NCBI GenBank assembly: GCA_965222375.1 | Contig: CBDCTZ010000016.1 | Coordinates: 3,328,001 to 3,392,000 of the forward strand | From: Polyangiaceae bacterium | GTDB lineage: Bacteria > Myxococcota_A > Polyangia > Polyangiales > Polyangiaceae | Direction: 5' to 3' | Length of the DNA: 64,000 bases | In this document: piece by piece, positions 58,614 to 64,000 of the stretch | How the letters are laid out: the number at the start of each line of letters is the position of its first letter | How positions within the stretch are numbered: position 1 is the first letter of the stretch | Notes under the pieces: generated by a model | Seen by the model: only the letters and a program-made list of their open reading frames with translations | Told to the model about the DNA's origin: nothing | Databases searched by the model: none | Made by a program: the position numbers and the translations under genes

Positions 58614-58793
58614 GTCACAGCATGACAGCAGCCACGAACTGCGAGTACGTACTTTTCCCCAATCCACCCGCCCTCTTGGCGGCTGGCAAGCGAGGATGCT
58701 CCGTCTGAAGAAATCCTGTATCGTCTCGCGCCCGAATCGCGGTGAGCTTCACCGCTGGGAGACCGCGGCGCGCCCGCCGCCAGGGAGACACCT

Positions 58794-60455
58794 ATGACCG
58801 TACGGACTCAGCTCGCATCCGTTCAAGAGTTTGAAAAAGACTGCCCCGATGACCTCTGGTTCACTCAGCCCCTCGGTGGTGACCAGCTCAAGACCTTCAC
58901 ATTTGGCGAAGCCATGGATGAAGCACGCCGCATGGCCGCTCATCTCAAGTCGCTGGATCTACCGGACAAGAGCCAGATCGCGCTCTTCTCCAAGAACACT
59001 GCCTGGTGGATGATCGCAGATCTGGCGATTTGGCTCGCGGGTCATGTGACCGTGCCGCTCTATCCAACTCTGACCCCCGAGACGATTCGGCAGATCCTCG
59101 ATCACAGCGAATCGAAGCTGATCTTCGTGGGCAAGCTGGACGGTTTCGAGGCCATGGAGCCTGGCATTCCCGAGGGCTTGCCCCGCATCGCCCTGCCGCT
59201 GTCGCCGAAGATGGACGCACCCAAGTGGGATGACATCGTCGGAAAGACGGAGCCCCTCCAGGGAGAGGTCAAACGGGATCCGAGCGATCTCGCGACCATC
59301 ATCTACACTTCCGGCTCGACGGGCGTGCCCAAGGGCGTGATGCACAGCTTCGAGAGCATGAGCACTCCGCTCAGTGGCTTTGAAAAGCTGCTCCAGTTCG
59401 GCAAGTCGGATCGGATGCTCTCCTATTTGCCCCTCGCGCATGCTTTCGAGCGCACCGTCGTGGAGACGGGCACCTTCCTGACCGGCTTCCAAGTTTTCTT
59501 CGCCGAGAGCCTGGATACCTTTGTGAAAGACCTGAAGCGCGCCCGGCCTACGCTCTTCGTGAGCGTGCCGCGGCTGTGGCAGAAGTTCCAACTCGGCGTC
59601 TTCTCGAAAATGCCGCCCGAGCGTCTCGATCTGATGCTCAAGATCCCGATATTGCGCGGAATCATCCGGAAGAAGGTGCTGTCCGGGCTCGGTCTGGATG
59701 CGGTGAAGTACGCCGCAAGCGGCTCTGCGCCCATCCCCGCAGAGCTCATCGATTGGTACCGCTCTCTCGGCCTCGAGTTGCTGGAGGGCTACGGCATGAC
59801 CGAGAACTTCTCCTACAGTCACGCCACTCGCCCGGGCCAGGTGCGGGTGGGCTTCGTGGGCAGCGCAATGGATGGTGTGGAGTGCAAGCTGAGCGACGCC
59901 GGGGAGATCCTGGTCAAGAGCCCGGGCAACATGCTCGGCTACTTCAAAGCGCCGGATCTCACAGCAGAGGTCTTGGGTGCAGATGGCTGGCTGAGCACCG
60001 GTGATCGCGGCGAGATTGACGAACAAGGCCGCCTTCGCATCACCGGCCGGGTCAAGGAGTTGTTCAAGACCAGCAAGGGCAAGTACGTGGCGCCAGCCCC
60101 GATCGAGAACAAGCTACAACTCCACGATGACGTCGAAACCGCATGTGTGACCGGTGACGGTTTCCCGCAGCCCTACGGTATGGTCGTTCTGGGAGAGTTG
60201 ACGCGACCCAAGATCAAAGACCCGGCTGAACGCGAGCGTGTCGATCAGACTCTGAAAGAGCATATCAAGCGGGTCAACTCCGAGCTCGACCATCACGAGC
60301 AGCTCGGCTTCGTCGTGGTGATGAGCGAAGACTGGACCATCGAGAACGGCTTGCTCACCCCGACCATGAAGTTGAAGCGCGGTGCGATCGAGGACAAATA
60401 CAAGCCCAAGGCGGACGGCTGGGCTAAGAAGAAGGAAGTCGTGATTTGGGATTGA
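58794..60455 (+). CDS. long-chain fatty acid--CoA ligase (AMP-binding)
   Basis: IYTSGSTGVPKG, YLPLAH, EGYGMTE, TGD, GRVKELFKTSKGKYVAP, LLTPTMKLKR. Confidence 0.93.
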   Translation: MTVRTQLASVQEFEKDCPDDLWFTQPLGGDQLKTFTFGEAMDEARRMAAHLKSLDLPDKSQIALFSKNTAWWMIADLAIWLAGHVTVPLYPTLTPETIRQILDHSESKLIFVGKLDGFEAMEPGIPEGLPRIALPLSPKMDAPKWDDIVGKTEPLQGEVKRDPSDLATIIYTSGSTGVPKGVMHSFESMSTPLSGFEKLLQFGKSDRMLSYLPLAHAFERTVVETGTFLTGFQVFFAESLDTFVKDLKRARPTLFVSVPRLWQKFQLGVFSKMPPERLDLMLKIPILRGIIRKKVLSGLGLDAVKYAASGSAPIPAELIDWYRSLGLELLEGYGMTENFSYSHATRPGQVRVGFVGSAMDGVECKLSDAGEILVKSPGNMLGYFKAPDLTAEVLGADGWLSTGDRGEIDEQGRLRITGRVKELFKTSKGKYVAPAPIENKLQLHDDVETACVTGDGFPQPYGMVVLGELTRPKIKDPAERERVDQTLKEHIKRVNSELDHHEQLGFVVVMSEDWTIENGLLTPTMKLKRGAIEDKYKPKADGWAKKKEVVIWD

Positions 60456-60607
60456 TTTGGTTCGCGCCCCCGGCCGGGCGGTAGCCCGGGTTAGGGTTGC
60501 GCCGCCGCCCAGCTAGGGCGGCGGTGTGCAACTTCCGCGCAGGGCGGGGGCATCAAATCCTGGGCGTTTACGCCGGGGGGGCTTCGCGCTACACGCGGGC
60601 GCGTTCG

Positions 60608-62317
60608 ATGAGCAGACAACCCGACAGCCCGGATCCGGCCGGTGGCGGCGAAGAAGCACTGATCAAAGCCCGCCGGGACAAGGCCGATGCTGTACGCGGT
60701 CGCGGCGAGATGCCCTTTGCCAACGATGTTCCGGCAAGCAAGCGCGTGCTGATAGCAGAGCTACGTAAGGACAACGAAGCGGCGCTGCTCGAGCCGCGGA
60801 GCGAATTGCGCTACGACCCGGAAAAGGTCACGGATCCCGAGCTGAAGTTCGTGTGCGGTCGACTGGTCGCGCGGCGCGGGTTTGGAAAGGCTTCGTTTCT
60901 TCGCCTCCGGGATGACACCGGCGAGATGCAGCTCTTTGCCAAGAAGGACATTCTCGGCGCGGCCTTCGAGCGCCTGGGAGACATCGACGTCGCGGATCAC
61001 CTCGAAGCGATGGGCCGCGTGATGGTCACCAAGACCGGCGAACTGAGTTTGGAGTTGCGGGATCTACGCTTGCTGACCAAGGCGCTGCGTCCGTTGCCGG
61101 ACAAGTGGCATGGGCTCTCGGACGTGGACCTGCGCTACCGGCGTCGGTACGTGGACCTGGTTGCCAACCCTGAGGTAGCCGGAGTGCTGCGCGCGCGATC
61201 GAACATCGTGCAGGCATTGCGAGAGTTCTTGGATGGGGAGCGATTCCTGGAAGTGGAAACTCCGACGCTGCATTCGCTAATTGGCGGCGCGGCAGCGCGC
61301 CCCTTCGTGACCCATCACAACACCTTGGACATGAAGCTCTTTCTGCGCATCGCGCCGGAGCTGTACCTGAAGCGTCTGTTGGTGGGTGGTTACGAGCGGG
61401 TCTACGAGATCGGCCGTTGTTATCGCAATGAGGGCATCAGCACCCGGCACAACCCGGAGTTCACGATGCTCGAGTACTACCAAGCGTACGCGACCTACGA
61501 GACGCTGATGGACAACACCGAGCGTATGCTGCGGCACGTCGACAAGCGCCTGCAGGAGTGCTTCGAGGCTCGCGGGCAGGTCGAGCAGTACGCCGGCTTC
61601 CGGGACGGGCGGAGCTTCACCCTCGAAGAGCCTTTCGTGCGCATCCCAATGAGCAAGGCGATTGGCGCTGCGGCCAAGCGAGCGGATCTTCCGGACAATC
61701 TGCTGGAGCTATTGCCCACGATCGCACTGCCGCCGGCCGACCAAGCACTGCCCGATGACGAGCGCGCCAAGGGAGACGCCTTGGTGGGGCAGCTTGCGAA
61801 GAAGAACGATCGCTCCCGGGCCATCGACTGGAAGAACTTCCGTCGCGGGCTGTTTGCCTGCGAAACCGACGGCGATCGAATCTTCGCCGCCTACGAGTAT
61901 CTGGCCGAGCCCTTTCTACCGGAAGACTATCGAAGCGCGGCGGGGGACAAGAGCGTGCCCGTCTTCATCACGGATTACCCCTTCGAGGTTTCGCCCCTCG
62001 CGCGGCGGAAGGATGGAGATCCGTCCTTGACGGATCGCTTCGAGTTGTTCGTGGACGGGCGAGAGCTGTGTAACGCCTTCAGTGAGCTGAACGACCCCGA
62101 CGACCAAGCCTCTCGATTTCGGGACCAGGTGGAGCGCAAGGCCCGGGGCGCCGAAGAGACCATGGACTATGATGCGGACTACATCCGCGCCCTCGAGCAT
62201 GGCATGCCACCGGCTGCCGGCTTCGGCCTTGGCGTAGACCGCTTGGTGATGATGTTGACGGGCCAGGCGTCGATCCGCGACGTGATCGCCTTTCCGCTTC
62301 TACGCCCGGAAGGCTGA
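60608..62317 (+). CDS. lysS: lysine--tRNA ligase (class II)
   Basis: LPDKWHGL, RYRRRYVDL, GGAAARPF, RIAPELYLKRL, RNEG, HNPEFT, G.G.DRL. Confidence 0.97.
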   Translation: MSRQPDSPDPAGGGEEALIKARRDKADAVRGRGEMPFANDVPASKRVLIAELRKDNEAALLEPRSELRYDPEKVTDPELKFVCGRLVARRGFGKASFLRLRDDTGEMQLFAKKDILGAAFERLGDIDVADHLEAMGRVMVTKTGELSLELRDLRLLTKALRPLPDKWHGLSDVDLRYRRRYVDLVANPEVAGVLRARSNIVQALREFLDGERFLEVETPTLHSLIGGAAARPFVTHHNTLDMKLFLRIAPELYLKRLLVGGYERVYEIGRCYRNEGISTRHNPEFTMLEYYQAYATYETLMDNTERMLRHVDKRLQECFEARGQVEQYAGFRDGRSFTLEEPFVRIPMSKAIGAAAKRADLPDNLLELLPTIALPPADQALPDDERAKGDALVGQLAKKNDRSRAIDWKNFRRGLFACETDGDRIFAAYEYLAEPFLPEDYRSAAGDKSVPVFITDYPFEVSPLARRKDGDPSLTDRFELFVDGRELCNAFSELNDPDDQASRFRDQVERKARGAEETMDYDADYIRALEHGMPPAAGFGLGVDRLVMMLTGQASIRDVIAFPLLRPEG

Positions 62318-62323
62318 TCGAAG

Positions 62324-64000
62324 ATGCAAACGGGCCCCACCTCAGAAGTTCCGCAGGGATTCGTGGCTCAAGCCTGGACGGCCATCGGTCTGCCGGGGCG
62401 GCTGGCGGTGATCTTGCTGATCTCGATCATCGTGATTTCGGTGATCGTTTGGGGGCTCAAGCGATTGGGTCGCCGCGGGCGCCGCAGCCTGCTGTGGGGA
62501 GTGACCGGCGTATGCTTGGTCGGGGTTGTGAGCCTCGGCATGTGGGCCGCAAAGCTGCCCGAACCCCGCGGCAGCACCTTCATCCTGTGGCATCAGCTCG
62601 TGCGGATCGGCGCGGCGCTTTCGGGGACTTTCTTCGTGGTCGGTTTCATGGCCTTGGCCATGCCCTGGCTCCTCGATCGGATCGAGGGGCGTGGTTTCAT
62701 TCCATTCGTGGCGGTGCGCCACGTGCGATCTACGAAAAGTGGTTTTTTGACCGTGATCTCATTTCTGAGCATCGCCGGCGTGGGCGTCAGCGCCTTTGCG
62801 CTGTGCGCGGTGGTGAGCGTCATGGGTGGGTTCGGGGCGGATCTCAAGCGAAAGATCCTCGGCAACAACGCTCACATGAAGGTGGAGGCGGGGGCCCATG
62901 GAGGCTTCGAAGAGTGGCAGCCCATGTTGGAGAAGGTGCGCCAGGTCGAAGGGGTGAGTGCCGCCACGCCGGTGGCGGCGGGCGAGGCCATGGCGTCGAG
63001 TACCTCGAATCGCGCTGGCACCATCATTCGGGGAATCGAGCCAGACTCCATCGGTTCGGTTATCGATCTTCTCAAGAACATCGAGGTCGGCAAGTTCGAA
63101 TACTTGGTCAAGCCGGAGCAGTTGACGGCACTGCCGCCGAATACGGTGATCGGCATCGGCCGCACCGGCGAGAAGTACACCAAGGGGCCGAACATCCGGC
63201 CGTACTTCGCCAAGAGCAAGCGGCCCAAGAAGGATCCAGTCTACCCAGGCATCATCGTAGGCCGCGAGTTGGCGAAGAGCCTGCATCTGTACCTGGGGGA
63301 CGAAGTCACGTTGGTGTCGCCGCTTGGCGATTTGGGTCCGATGGGTGTGCTGCCCCGCACCCGTCGCTTCCGAGTGGCAGCGATCTTCTACAGCGGGATG
63401 TACGAGTACGACTCGAGCCACGTGTACATGCGCATGGCGGATGCCCAAGAGTTTCTAGATCTGGGCAAGCGCGTCACGGGCATCGAAATCCGCGTGGAAA
63501 AACCCGAGAACGTCGAGCAGGTGACGCCGCGGGTGGCCGCCGTGGCAACGGGCGATCTGAAAGTGCGGGATTGGAAAGAGACTAACAAGAATCTGTTTTC
63601 CGCCTTGAAGCTGGAAAAGATCGCGACCTTCATCATCTTGAGCATCGCCATTGCCGTGGCGAGCTTCTGCATCATCTGCACCCTGCTGCTGATGGTCACG
63701 GAAAAGAGTAAGGAGATCGCCATCATGAAGGCGCTAGGGGCGAGTGACCGCGCCATCCTGCGGGTATTCATGAGTGAAGGCGTGATCATTGGCAGCATCG
63801 GAACCGTCTTCGGTGTGGTGACGGGCCTGGTCACGGTCCTGGGCTTGCTATGGTTTGGAGTGCGCCTCGATCCCGATGTGTATTACGTGGATCGGTTGCC
63901 CATCTCGGTTGACCCCGTGGATTACAGCTTGGTTGCCGTCGCGGCGATGGTGATCACCACCATTGCTACGATATATCCTGCGCTAGCCGCCAGCCGCTTG
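62324..64000 (+). CDS. LolC/E-family lipoprotein-releasing ABC permease (runs off window; absent from ORF track)
   Basis: open frame from ATG 62324: VVSVMGGF, DWKETNKNLFSALKLEK, EKSKEIAIMKALGA, YYVDRLP. Confidence 0.9.
   Translation, partial: MQTGPTSEVPQGFVAQAWTAIGLPGRLAVILLISIIVISVIVWGLKRLGRRGRRSLLWGVTGVCLVGVVSLGMWAAKLPEPRGSTFILWHQLVRIGAALSGTFFVVGFMALAMPWLLDRIEGRGFIPFVAVRHVRSTKSGFLTVISFLSIAGVGVSAFALCAVVSVMGGFGADLKRKILGNNAHMKVEAGAHGGFEEWQPMLEKVRQVEGVSAATPVAAGEAMASSTSNRAGTIIRGIEPDSIGSVIDLLKNIEVGKFEYLVKPEQLTALPPNTVIGIGRTGEKYTKGPNIRPYFAKSKRPKKDPVYPGIIVGRELAKSLHLYLGDEVTLVSPLGDLGPMGVLPRTRRFRVAAIFYSGMYEYDSSHVYMRMADAQEFLDLGKRVTGIEIRVEKPENVEQVTPRVAAVATGDLKVRDWKETNKNLFSALKLEKIATFIILSIAIAVASFCIICTLLLMVTEKSKEIAIMKALGASDRAILRVFMSEGVIIGSIGTVFGVVTGLVTVLGLLWFGVRLDPDVYYVDRLPISVDPVDYSLVAVAAMVITTIATIYPALAASRL

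Overview
This is a GC-rich chromosomal window from a myxobacterium, most likely Polyangiaceae-like. The assignment is inferred from four Hanks-type Ser/Thr kinases, FHA-sigma54 activators, PEGA/TPR proteins, Gly-rich lipoproteins and a MYXO-CTERM-like tail. Housekeeping genes (purQ, glmU, thrS, ribA, holA, ribF, prfB, lysS, lolC/E) alternate with accessory blocks. The most notable signals are not in the ORF track: (1) prfB with its +1 frameshift abuts an unannotated SelW/Rdx selenoprotein gene (CxxU, SECIS-like hairpin); (2) a Thr-rich leader peptide attenuator precedes a TGS-less thrS; (3) an ABC-F promoter, uORF leader and 5' end are duplicated as ~260-bp direct repeats bracketing a 10.4-kb kinase/PEGA/RHH/DUF559 island; (4) a four-helix-bundle gene has a hexamer-repeat tract and a hairpin hiding its SD; (5) there are three sigma54 promoters, a long-spacer PaaX-type operator, and a frameshift-riddled lipoprotein pair. 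No rRNA, intact tRNA, integrase/transposase or bona fide CRISPR-Cas was recognised. All family calls are by eye, without database searches.
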